Below are positions 28,849-40,477 of a DNA stretch of 64,000 nt, piece after piece. The stretch comes from Octopus vulgaris. Taxonomy: Eukaryota. The DNA lies in NCBI GenBank assembly GCA_951406725.2, contig OX597818.1, forward strand, positions 133,610,001 to 133,674,000. The letters run 5' to 3'. Made by a program: the position numbers and the translations under genes. The notes below the pieces were generated by a model. It was not told the DNA's origin. It saw only the letters and a program-made list of their open reading frames with translations, and ran no database searches. Within the stretch, counting starts at the first letter, position 1, and each line of letters starts with the position of its first letter.

Positions 28849-29837
28849 GTCACCACTAGAATACAAATAGCCTGGGCAAAGTTTAGAAAGCTTCTACCCG
28901 TACTGGTGACAAACGGTCTCTCGCTGAGAGTGGAAGGTAGATTGTACGACACATGTGTGCAAACTACCATGCTTCACGGTAGTGAAACATGGGCTGTGAC
29001 TGTACAGGACATGCGTAGGCTTGAAAGAAATGAAGCTAGCATGATCCTCTGGACGTATAATGTCAGTGTGCACACATGACAGAGTGTAAGCACCCTAAGA
29101 TAAATGCTGGACATAAGAAGCATTGGATGTGGCATGCAAGAGAGACGTTTGCGCTGGTATCGTCATGTACTACGGATGGATGAGGAAAGATGTGTGAAGA
29201 AGTGCCACCTCCAAACAGTTGAAGGAATCCAGGAAGACATGGGATGAGGTGGTCAAGCATGACCTTCGAAAGTTGGGCCTCACAGAGGCAATGATGAAAG
29301 ACCGAGATCTCTGGAGATATGCTGTGACTGCGAAGACCCGACAAAAAACCTGAGTTCATGGCTGTTTCCTGCACCAGCTTCACATAGCAGCTCCAGCCCA
29401 ACCAAAGTACCTTTGGATCACAGGATGGCCTGCTATACTTACCTTGGATTGTAGAGTGACCTGCTGTGCTTGAGGAGACCTATTAAGTCAAGTACATCAA
29501 CAATGAAATGGAATTGTAGCTGTGATACCTATGACAGTGGCAGGTAAAAAGCACCATCAGAACATGGTTCATGCCAGCCCACCTTGACTGGCTTCCTACC
29601 CAGTGGCATGTAAAAAGCACCAAGCGATGATGGCCGTTGCCAGCCTCACCTGGCACATAAAAAGCACCCACTACACTCACTGAGTGGTTGGGGTTAGGAA
29701 GGGCATCCAGCTGTAGAAACACTGCCACATCAGACTGGAGCCTGGTGCAGACTCCTGGTTTCCCAGACACCAGTCAAACCATCCAACCCATGCTAGCATG
29801 GCAAACAGACGTTAAACGATAATGATGATGATGATGA
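28849..29837 (+). mobile_element. 5'-truncated RTE-clade LINE: ORF2 C-terminus plus full 3' UTR and (GAT)n tail (parent of the family C tails)
   Basis: [47 protein letters not shown]...ERRLRWYRHVLRMDEERCVKK...RKTWDEVVKHDLRKLGL...DRDLWR with internal stops, then a UTR ending gttaaacgataatgatgatgat. Confidence 0.9.
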
Positions 29838-30425
29838 TACATATATATATATATGCATATGTACATGCATATATATACACACATATATATATGCATATAT
29901 ATACATATATATATAAATTTAAATATATATATACATATATATACATATGCATCTTTACATATACACATATATATACATGTCTATATACATATCAATATAC
30001 ATATATATATATATACATATATATATATACATATAAATGTGTATGTATATATATATATATATATATTTGTGCGTGTGTGTATATATATGTATTTAAATGT
30101 GTATATAAGATATGTATATATCATCATCATCATCATCATCATTGTTTAACGTCCGCTTTCCATGCTAGCATGGGTTGGACCTATATGCATATATATATAT
30201 GTATATGTATGTATAAATATATATATATGTACATATATACATATATATATACACATATATATATATATATATATAGATAGATAGATATATGCATATATAT
30301 ATGTATATATATATATATGTACATATATATATGTATATATATATATATAATTATATATGTATGTGTACATGTATGTATATATATATGTGTATACATGTGT
30401 GTGTATATTTATATTTATATTTATA

Positions 30426-30458
<33 letters not shown>

Positions 30459-30599
30459 CTGTATATATATGCATTTATATGCATATATCTGTATATATAT
30501 GTACATATATATATATTTATACATATATATATACACATATATATATATATACACACACACATATATATATATATATACACACACATATATAAATGTTTG

Positions 30600-31372
30600 A
30601 GAATTTTTTCAATGTGAACAAACAACACAGAAAAAATAAATAAATAGTTACCAGGGTAGCAAAAATTCACATAGATACCAAGGATTTAACAGCCTACTTA
30701 TAAAGCTAGAAATTCCAGGGTTAAGTGAAATGTTTTTGTGTAACATAGGTAAATAAATAAATGGTGTTAATTTCTGGTGTTATTCAGATCTTTATGCTTT
30801 CGACATATGTTTCGAAGAAAGTACTGGTATTATTCCATAAAGTACAAGATGATGCAAAATAATGTAATCCTCTCATCAGGGAAAAAAGAAACCAAACACA
30901 TCAATAAGACGTTTTAACAGAATGTGATGACTGTGTATATGTTGAAGAGAATGCTGGCAAGATATTCTTTTTAAAAAACCGTTAATAGATTTAGGCAATT
31001 TATAGAAACAGAAAGAGAAGAAAGAAAGAAATTAGCAGAAAACTAATGGTGGAGAAATATAGAGTGATAGGTGAAAAGGAATAAAGCTTAAAGGTGTGGA
31101 TATAAAATGTACAAACACAGTTAAAGTTTGAGTTCTATATATTGGTAGAAATTACTTATAGGAACTAAAGGTATGTTTTTGCCATTGCTTGTAATGACTA
31201 ACGCGTTCTTTTAATGTGTTCACGGGGAGATTCTTTCAGAACAGGATGAAATACATTTCATCATTCCAGAGCAAACATTAAGATTTAGCCTTATCATAAG
31301 GAAATGACTTAGATAGATTATTCCAATGTAAATCAGATTATTCATTATGTTCCTTAAGAGACCAAATTAATT
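30600..31372 (-). mobile_element. Penelope-like element 3' end: GIY-YIG C-terminal remnant followed by a pseudo-LTR with hammerhead
   Basis: Minus strand 31372-31165 reads [62 protein letters not shown] (cf. IWxLK...W.I...PY...CxLC..EK..I...LN...E...CxH), then a CTGATGA...GAAA motif. (TA)n on both sides. Confidence 0.75.
30797..30885 (-). ncRNA. Type-I minimal hammerhead ribozyme motif, intact core
   Basis: ttttcc-CTGATGA-gagga...(~50 nt)...tcttc-GAAA-catatg-TC-gaaag. Stem III is palindromic, as described for PLE hammerheads. Confidence 0.65.
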
Positions 31373-31420
31373 TATATATGTACATATATGCATATACATA
31401 TACATATATATATACATATA

Positions 31421-31460
<40 letters not shown>

Positions 31461-31673
31461 TATATATATACATATATACATACTTATACATATATACATA
31501 TATATACACATATACATACACATATACATATATATATATATACATATACACATATAAATATATATACATACATATAGATATACACATATATATATATACA
31601 TATATATACATATATATACATACATATATATACATATATATATATATACATACATATATATATATATACATAC

Positions 31674-31714
<41 letters not shown>

Positions 31715-31906
31715 ACTAAAAATAAGGGTATCTGTGAGACACCACCATGCGTGGTTTTTAGAGTCAGGGATTTGACTGCTATTTTGGCATGGTGGTGTCT
31801 CTCAGACACCCTTATTTTTAGTTGTAAAATATTATTACCTATGTATGGTATTTTTTCCATGCTGGCCACTTGATAATATCGATATTTAAATATCGATGTT
31901 ATCCTT

Positions 31907-31948
<42 letters not shown>

Positions 31949-32188
31949 CAAGTAGAAAGATACATTTTATTCAATGCATAGATACTGAACAGTATATATA
32001 TAAAGGATAAAATACCTTTTTTTTCTGCTTTAAAAAGAAAAAATAAAGGTTTTATCCTTTACGTATATATATATATATATTTATGCACTGTTCAGTATCT
32101 ATGCGTTGAATAAAATTTATCTTTTTACTTGTTCTGTAATACATTTCAACGCTTCGAAAGCAAATTTGTTTGTTTACATACAGCGTAA

Positions 32189-32790
32189 TCTATATATATA
32201 TTATATAAAATCCGTTCTGTTTGTCTATGTGTGTCTTTTAGGATCTCAGGCATCCTCCAACCGATTGCACTCAAATTTGATTTGTAGATACCGACAGTAT
32301 CAGGGTGTGTAAAAGTCTTGAAAAAATTACAAAAATCGATTCCAGGTAAGAATGTGATCAATAAAGCCGTGGGAATGTGCATTTGTATGCACAAGTACAT
32401 CAGCTGTTGTGATCAATACTATGCAAACGCGAGAAAAATGCATGTGCAGTTTGTGCAGACATTCTCGATGCAAAAGTTATCACAGGTCAAGGAGCAGAGG
32501 ATGTTATTTTTATTTCCCGCATGCCATTGATTCTGTTGGACCGTGTTTACCCGATGAAGCACGTTCAATTCCTTATTCACCTGAGCTTTGTGATGACCAT
32601 CAACAAAGCACAGGGCAGTCATTGAAAGTCATGGGGTTGGACCTCAGCACTCCCTGCTTCTCGCATGGACAACTGTATGTGGGCTGTTCGAGGGTTGGCT
32701 GTTTGACAAACCTTTTCTACTACACTCTAGAGGGAGTAACAAGGAATGTAGTTTACAAGGCTGCGCTCCACTAGCTTTTCCATGCCCTTG
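32189..32790 (+). mobile_element. Internally deleted Helitron retaining the Pif1-like helicase C-terminus
   Basis: 5' end A|TCTATATATA...TATAAAA. Frameshifted translation LSFVMTINKAQ/GQSLKVMGLDLSTPCFSHGQLYVGCSRVG...TRNVVYKAAL* (stop 32774) covers Pif1 motifs V-VI. The 3' terminus is not clearly seen. Confidence 0.85.
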
Positions 32791-33296
32791 AACATCTTGT
32801 AAAGTAAGTTAGCTTAAAATTAGTTACTTAGTTCCCTAGGTTGTTGTTTTTCATCAAAAATCGCTCCAAGTTGATTTCCTACATGTTTTATCGGATAAAC
32901 TTATTATTGTTCCAGATACCTTCTCATAAACTCATCATGTTTTTCCATCTAGATTTACCTCCAGCTAACCCATTTGCATGCATTGTTTTTGTCCTGCTTT
33001 CCTTCTGTCAACCTGTACATAACTGCACCTTCCATTTTCTGTTGTTTTTGTACTGCTTAAAGGCACGTTTCTTTCCTGCCAAGTTTACTATTTAAACTAT
33101 GTTTGTGTTCTCCCAGTCAACGGCCTTATCATTATTGGTACTTTAAACTCTTCAGTTGCATATTTGTGTGAATAAAGTTGTTTTTCTTTGGAATAGAAAA
33201 AAAGTCTATCTTTATTTCTTCTTTTGCTGGTGTCTGTAAATTTCTGTAAATTTGAACTATATATATGTTGTCTGTATACACACACACACACACACA

Positions 33297-33352
<56 letters not shown>

Positions 33353-33519
33353 CAATAAGTATGCTCAGTATAGAAAACACATTGTAGTGCCCAAATGGTG
33401 AACTTAAGCTCCAAATATTTTATCCAGGACTAGGTCCAAGGCATCAACAGTGGCTATAAGAGAAATCCAGGCAAGCTGATATGGAGATAGTGATTCAAGT
33501 AAAAGTGCTTTTGCCAATG

Positions 33520-33673
33520 TTTCTCCTGATGAAGGAACCAGAATTATAGTAATATCTCCATGTTAACTATTTACTGGTTGCACACCCAAGACTTTTTGCA
33601 CATTCTATCAACTAATTATGAACTTTACGATTCTTGAATAATACTGAGCTTCCTGAAACAGCTGTCAGGTAAA
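33520..33673 (+). ncRNA. Hammerhead ribozyme motif with a very long stem-II insert
   Basis: CTGATGA (33526-33532)-aggaa...ttcct-GAAA (33655-33658)-cagctg-TC-agg. Stem II closes with aggaa/ttcct and stem III is the palindrome cagctg. Stem I is weak. Confidence 0.55.
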
Positions 33674-33735
33674 GGAACTGTATATTTTCTTCTTAATATC
33701 TTGTATTTTGTATGGTCTATGAAAATAGATTTGTG

Positions 33736-33807
<72 letters not shown>

Positions 33808-33830
33808 CATCCACATATATACAAATAGAT

Positions 33831-33940
<110 letters not shown>

Positions 33941-33944
33941 GCAC

Positions 33945-33976
<32 letters not shown>

Positions 33977-33983
33977 GTATGTA

Positions 33984-34026
<43 letters not shown>

Positions 34027-34127
34027 GATTATCTTTATGAATATAGTAGTTATATGTATTTATACATGTATGTATATATATGTCAAAGGTCTAATTGTGT
34101 TTATCAGCATCTGTATCTCTCTCTCCC

Positions 34128-34525
34128 TAGGTGTGACTGTGGTAAGACACTTGCTTCCCAACCATGGTTCCGGGTTCAATGTCACTGTGTGGCACCTTGG
34201 GCCAGTGTCTTCTACTATAGCCTCAAGCTGACCAAAGCCTTGTGAATGGATTTGGTAGAGAGAAACTGAAAGAAGCCTATTAAAAATCTCCATGAAAGAA
34301 GCCTTGTTGTATATGTGTGTGTCTGCATGTGTGTGTGTGTCTGCGTGTGTGTGTGTGTGTGTGTGTGTGTCTGTCCCTACCTCTCCATCACTGTGGTTCA
34401 GCAACAGCGACCAATAGTATAAGTACTAGGCTTTAAAAAGATAATAAGCCCTGGGGTCAATTTGGGCAACAACAAAAATTTCAAGGCCATGCTCCAGCAT
34501 GGTCACAGTCAAATGACTGAAACAA
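34128..34525 (+). mobile_element. SINE family A, diverged copy
   Basis: ccaaccatggttccgggttcaat...gaaactgaaagaagcc...gctccagcatggtcacagtcaaatgactgaaac. Confidence 0.8.
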
Positions 34526-34617
34526 AAAAAAATATATATATATATACATATGTATATATTGCATATACCATTAGCTAAATGCATGCACACATGCACGCAG
34601 GCACACCCACACACACA

Positions 34618-35598
34618 ACCACAAGTATGAGATCCCAATTTTTGCGTCACCAACTCACTACACCAGTCTTCTAATCACCAGGTATCTGTTTAGTATTTCA
34701 TATATTAGGAAACAGCCTCAGTAATGCTCTTGCTGTTATTTGCTTCCATCTAATCCAGGAACATCTTCCTTTTTTTTTTTTACCTTTTTTTTTTCTGATT
34801 TTTAAATTTTTCAATTTTTTTTTTTTTCCTGCTACTTTTTCAATGGTTATTTTATGTACAACCACTTCCAGCTCCTCTTGTTATTCTTGAATTATCAAAG
34901 CATTTCTCCAATTAAGCACCTTCTTCATGCCATGCCAATATTAAAATATTCTTTCCATCTTTCTTGGATGTTTATATCAGATGTTATTAGTTTTTTATCA
35001 ATACTAAACACACACGGTCCTTTTGATCTTTTTACCTGTAATCTCATTTATTATTTCATAAGCTTTTCTTATTCCTCTACTGTCTCCTTCATTGTGTAAT
35101 TTATCTGCTTCCTCAGCTTTTGCTTCCAAGTAACTTCTTTTATCTCTTCTTGAATAACTTTACCCCCTCTCAGTTAAAACACCAATATTTAGTTACCACC
35201 CCTTTAAAATTCCACATCTTTCCTCTCCAGCTTTTGACAATTTCTTTGTGTTTCTTTCAAGACTTGGTAATTTCCCCTGTTTCATCTGAAATCCATTCTA
35301 TTTCCAACTTTTTATCTTCCTTCTACTCAGAATAACTCTGAGAACATTCTGGTATACTTCCTTTACGTTTTTCAATGCACCACTGGTGTATACATCTTCA
35401 TTTATATTGGCAAGCCTCCAAATCAATTTAGAGATTTAATTTGAAATACATCTTTAAGTCTCTCTGTCTCCATCTTTTCTGAATCAAACCTGACAATCCT
35501 TTCTTTTTTTAACCTCCTGTTTTAACTGACATGTCTTAATTGCTAATTAGTGGTCACTTCCAAAATCTGCACTTTGATATGTTCTCACATGCAGCAGC
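34618..35598 (-). pseudogene. RTE-clade LINE ORF2, endonuclease end to start of RT, inverted segment
   Basis: Minus strand from 35598: HVRTYQSADFGSDH (APE endonuclease SDH motif), RFDSEK, WISDET, RRDKRSYLEAKAEEA, QERWKEYF, VPGLDG, LLRLFPNI*NTKQIPGD*KTG, KLGSHTCG (cf. KKGDLxxC). Confidence 0.8.
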
Positions 35599-35619
35599 TA
35601 TTTTTTTTTTTTTTTTTTT

Positions 35620-36200
35620 TACATTGTTAGAGTTAAGAAAATTGACCAGTTTGATTAAGGCATTTTTGTACCAGGTTATCCTGAATTGGCAACAGATTAC
35701 ACAGAAAAGTTTAAGGGATATGATACAGAATGAACAAGAAAGGCTTTCAGTATCATGAGGTTGTAGTGATCTGATATTTTGTTCACATATGTTTTACAGG
35801 GGAATGGCGAATTCAAAGAGCCTTTGAAACTAACTTTAGTAGACTACAAAGAGGCCTTTGATAGTAAACATAGGGTTGTTTGTCAGAAAAGTAAGTCGAC
35901 CTATTTCATGTAATATCTTGAGGAGGTGACCATCAAGAAAACATAGATGATCAGCTCTCAAATGAATTAAGATGGAAGTAGAGTGCTGCAGGAAAGTGTT
36001 CGATTACCTCTTTTGTTTGTTGCTTACTTACATATTGAAGCAGGGAAAAATCAAAGATGGAAGAGGAAAAACCTTTGAATGGATTTATGGAAATTACTTG
36101 TCAAATTTGGAGTATGATGCTGACACCTGAACCTAACAGAAAACGGGTTAAAAGTTTCAGCTAAATGTGATGAGTACATCTTTATTAAGAGAAAAATAAT
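35620..36200 (+). pseudogene. RTE-clade LINE reverse transcriptase domain, decayed, forward segment
   Basis: TLLE...KAFLYQVILN...DMIQNEQ, GCSDLIF, LTLVDYKEAFDSKHR, SRVLQESVRLPLLF and YLSNLEYDAD correspond to EQAGFR/DFxKAFD/GVRQG..LSP.LF/YADD. Confidence 0.75.
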
Positions 36201-37015
36201 TGTGGCTCTAATCTCCAATGCAGGTTAATTAACCTAACTTAATAACAGACTGGATTAATTAGAAAAACTTTTAATGTACTTTAATAACATTAGTTGGGTG
36301 ACTAGCTTCCAAGAATGGAACAACAGTAGCAGTCATTAGTTCATAAAAAATATAGCTAACAAACCTCTAGATGTACCAATTCAATATTGTTGAATTTTAA
36401 CTTTCGATGATTAAATCTTGCTTTGTAACACCCTACAATACATAGCGTATTTTATGGCATATAAAATGTGCTTTATTCTCAAAATTTGATCCTCAAAATC
36501 ACTGTGCATCCTGCATGTTGACGGTCAGGTTTGGACCTTGGTATCCTCCTTGTTTAACAATACAAACAATTCCAACAACTTCCAAATGAATTTAATGGTA
36601 TATTACACTGTACACGATGTGTAAGACCTTGTACATGCTACATGTACTCATTCCATATTCTTACACCAAGTAATTACCAGTACTGGTGTTCATGGTTCTC
36701 CATGGTGCTTTGTTGATTATGTCTGGAGAGACACTGCTCAACACACTTACCAATAATTATTTTTATTTCCTGCTTAATCTCAGCACTACACATTTTAGCT
36801 TTTCTACTTCCCTAAACACTGTGATGTTATTCACAATTAACACTGAGGGCAATACTTATGAGCGAAATGGGTTCATAATACTGTAATCAAAGTTTTCCTA
36901 CTATAACATGCACTTACCTTCTTTACTTACCAAACCAAAACAATAGAAGTGGTACTACCACTCAAGCAGCTTGGAAACAAACACAAGGATTTTAAACTTG
37001 CCTTCAGTTGCTCAT

Positions 37016-37358
37016 GGTAAAGGGTAAAGACCCCCTTCGGTCATGAATGACCATGGGATTGCACCTAGAAAGTTACCCTCCTAGACACTAGTCCGGGCGA
37101 GGTTGTTTATGGAAGACCAGCAGTCACCCATGCATACCAGCCTCCCCTCTCCACGCCACCAGTGTTATCCAAGGGAAAGACAAAGGTCGATACAGTTTGG
37201 CACCAGTGACGTCGCAACTCATTTCTACAGCTGAGTGAACTGGAGCAATGTGAAATAAAGTGCCTTGCTCAAGAACACAACACGCAGCCCGGTCCGGGAT
37301 TCGAGCTCACAACCTCACGATCGTAAGCTCGACGCTCTAACCACTGAGCCATGCGCCT
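37016..37358 (-). mobile_element. SINE family D, young-looking full-length copy nested in the pogo element
   Basis: Minus-strand head aggcgcatggctcagtggttagagcg...gagctcgaatcccgg (A and B boxes), then gtgttcttgagcaaggcactttatttcac (CORE-like), and tail gaccgaagggggtctttaccctttacc. Confidence 0.9.
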
Positions 37359-37479
37359 TACTGGATACCAGACATTTTTCCGTACGATAATTTTTGAAAA
37401 TACCAGAATGCCATAATAGGTTAAACATAGAATGTTCCATAAGTGACAGTGGTAATTCAATTCTTCAATTCTATCTAAC

Positions 37480-37765
37480 AGTGAGTGGATTTGGTAGACA
37501 GAAACTAAAGCCCGTCGTATATATGTATATATATGTGTGTGTGTGTGTTTGTGTGTCTGTGTTTGTCCCCCTAGCATTTCTTGACAACCGATGCTGGTGT
37601 GTTTATGTCCCCGTTACTTAGCAGTTCGGCAAAAGAGACCGATAGAATAAGTACTGGGCTTACAAAAGAATAAGACCTGGGGTTGAGTTGCTCGATTAAA
37701 GGTGGTGCTCCAGCATGGCCGCAGTCAAATGACTGAAACAAGTAAAAGAGTAAAGAGTAAAGAGT
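37480..37765 (+). mobile_element. SINE family A, 5'-truncated, nested in the pogo element
   Basis: gtgagtggatttggtagac...ccagcatggccgcagtcaaatgactgaaacaagtaaaagagtaaagagt. Confidence 0.9.
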
Positions 37766-38008
37766 TAAAGTTAAACAAACAATGGAACAATTGTTTCTCC
37801 GTTATAACTATCTCACAGACATTCGTTATTTTGTTTTAGTAGTACCAACCAAGTCTGACACCAACAAAGCATTTGTGCATTTGCAGTGAGCAGTGAACCA
37901 AAACCAGTCCAATCAGAATTACAGTAAATATTGGTAACATATAGTGGGGCAAATATTATCATTCAGTGAAGTGAACAAATATATTTATAGATTAAATATA
38001 TTTATAGA

Positions 38009-38331
38009 TTAAAAAGCACCATCCATACATGGTCGATGCCAGTACCACCTTGACTGGCTTCCGTACCAGTGGCACGTAAAAAGCACCAACAGATCGTGGC
38101 CGTCGCCAGCCTCCCCTGGCCCCTGTGCTGGTGGCATGTAAAAAGCACCCACTACACTCACGGAGTGGTTGGCGTTAGGAAGGGCATCCAGCTGTAGAAA
38201 CACTGTCACATCAGACTGGAGCCTGGTGCAGCCTCCTGGCTTCCCAGACCCAGGTCGAACTGTCCAACCCATGCTAGCATGGAAAACGGACATTAAACAA
38301 TGATGATGATGATGATAATGATGATGATGAT
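38009..38331 (+). mobile_element. RTE-LINE 3' tail (family C) nested in the pogo element
   Basis: Collinear with 29545-29837; (GAT)n tail. Confidence 0.9.
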
Positions 38332-38470
38332 TACTATACAGTAATAGTGTATAACGGTGCTTTTTGTCCCACTTTATGTTATTTATATTCACTTTTTAAA
38401 ATTTTCAGAATATCAATACCCTAATAATATTCACTTTTTAAAATTTTCCGAATATCAATACCCTAATAGA

Positions 38471-39835
38471 ATGGAGTCGCAGAAAAGGCATAGTTACGCT
38501 ATCAGCTACAAATTGTAAGTGATAGCATATGCCAAGGAACACAGTAACAGAATGGCTACTAGAAATTTTGGACCACCTCTAATGGAGAAAATTGTATGAT
38601 GAGCAGAAAACAAGAGGATGAACTACAACAGACTGAAAAATGGAAGTATAACCTGAAGAAACCAAATGCAAAAAAGCCTGAACTTGAAAATGAGTTGAAA
38701 ACCTGGGTTGCAGATAACCAGAACAAAGGTTTAGTTGTGTCAACTAAAGCCATAATTTTTCATGCTAAAGTTACAGCAGCTGCAAGAGATCATTATGATT
38801 TCAGTGACTCATTTCATGAAAAAAAAAATGGATTGACTATCCATACAAAAACAAGGATAGCACAGAAAATTCTAGAAGAATATGAAAACAAGATACTTGA
38901 ATTTCACCATTTTGTGATACGTACAAGACAATGCAGCAACTATGAACTCTGTCATATTGCAAATATGGACAAGGTGTCACTGATATTTGATGTTCCCTTG
39001 AACAGAACTGTAGATGCTAAAGGTAGCAAAAAAGTTACTATTAAAACAATAGGACATGAAAAAAAAACACACTACACTGTAGTATTGGCTTGTTGCACAG
39101 ATGGCATGAAACTCCCACCACTTTTGATATTTAAAAGAAAACCATTACCAAAGGACTGTTTTCCATCAGGAGTTGTTATTCACATCCATCCTAGCTTTAT
39201 GACATTTTCGTCTATTCACCCCTTAGGATCATCATCATCATCGTTTAAGCGGACGTTAAATGATGATGATGATGATAATGATGATCCTAAGGAGTGAATA
39301 GACGAATATGTCATAAATTATGGTTAAATAAGATATGGTCAAGACGTCCTGGTGCTTTATGCTAAACATTATCCCTTCTTGGGACCAATTTCATGCACAC
39401 ACAACTGAGAGTACAGTAAGGAGGGTAAAGAACTTAAACACTGAAATAGCTGTAATACCTGGTGGATTGACTTCCCAATTACAACTCCTAGATGTTTCAA
39501 TAAACAAACCTTTCAAGGGACACATGAGAGAGAAGGAGGATAACTGGACACAGACCCCACAACATGAACAGATACCAACAGGCCATATGAAGACATCTAC
39601 ATTTTCTCAGGTAGCTCATTGGGTAAAAAATTCATGGGAAGCAGTAAAAACCGAAACAATTATAAAAGGTTTCTAACAGTGTGGTATCAGTAACACTCTA
39701 GATGGCACTGGAGATGATTATTTTTTTTTGTAGAAACATTGCCAGATAAGACCGGAGCCTGGTGCAGCCTTCTGGCTTCCCAGATCCCCGGTCGAACCGT
39801 CCAACCCATGCTAGCATGGAGAACGGACGTTAAAC

Positions 39836-39868
<33 letters not shown>

Positions 39869-40009
39869 AATGATAATGACACATCTGATTCTGAAAACAA
39901 TGATAACCCCAAGGAATGTGAAAAAGCTGATGAATTCCAGGAACTTGAGGAAAATGATAGCCAGGAACTGAATGAGCATGACAGCAATCATGACTTTTAA
40001 GGATTTTAA
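38471..40009 (+). pseudogene. pogo transposase pseudogene (Brk-type DBD, CENP-B HTH, DDE_1, acidic tail)
   Basis: MESQKRHSYAISYKL*VIAYAKEHSNR; PELENELKTWV; IANMDKVSLIFDVP; GHEK..YTVVLACCTDGMKLPPLLIFK; WDQFHAH; VIPGGLTSQLQLLDVSINKPFK. It has stops, frameshifts and two RTE-tail insertions. Confidence 0.9.
39728..39880 (+). mobile_element. RTE-LINE 3' tail inserted in the acidic-tail coding region of the pogo transposase
   Basis: tgtagaaacattgccagat...ccaacccatgctagcatggagaacggacgttaaacgatgatgat. Confidence 0.9.
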
Positions 40010-40336
40010 AGTGAATAAAGTTTTTAAAGATTATGGGGTCAAAAGTTACTAATGAGGTTATTGCATCTTAATAGTTTGGTTATGTACTGACAAATTTTGA
40101 TAAATTTTTTTTTTACAAATAAAGTGACAAGAGTAAAGAATGTTAATATAAAAAATTAAAATATAACAAACACTGATAAAAGATGTTTGATAAATATCAG
40201 TGCAAAAAAAAACAATAATGAACTGGGTAGATGAGGCTATGATCATAGCATTACCTGGTATTCACTGCAAACACTTGCAGTAACAACACAACCAGAAAAG
40301 CTTTCCTTTTAGTGGCAGTAGTGAAGAATGTTAATA

Positions 40337-40477
40337 TTAGGTTGTCCCAAAAGTTCGTAAACACTTGCGAAAATTGAATTTTTACTCGCCAAGTACTAAC
40401 AAAAACAACAAAAATTATTCCTCAAAATAAAGACCATTATTTTCCAAGACTTTCTACGAACTTTTGGGACAACCTTA
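40337..40477. mobile_element. mariner-type MITE
   Basis: TA|ttaggttgtcccaaaagttcgta ... tacgaacttttgggacaacctta|TA: ~23-bp TIRs and a TA TSD. Confidence 0.85.

Noticed and set aside
32409-32774. Host PIF1 helicase exon
   Set aside because: It is frameshifted and fused to a Helitron 5' terminus.
37285-37358. tRNA gene-like sequence (also 53409-53480 and 63730-63800)
   Set aside because: The A/B boxes run directly into SINE bodies repeated elsewhere, and I see no clean acceptor stem or terminator.
38471-40009. Domesticated POGK-like host gene
   Set aside because: It has stops, frameshifts, retro-insertions and flanking TIRs, so it is a dead transposon.
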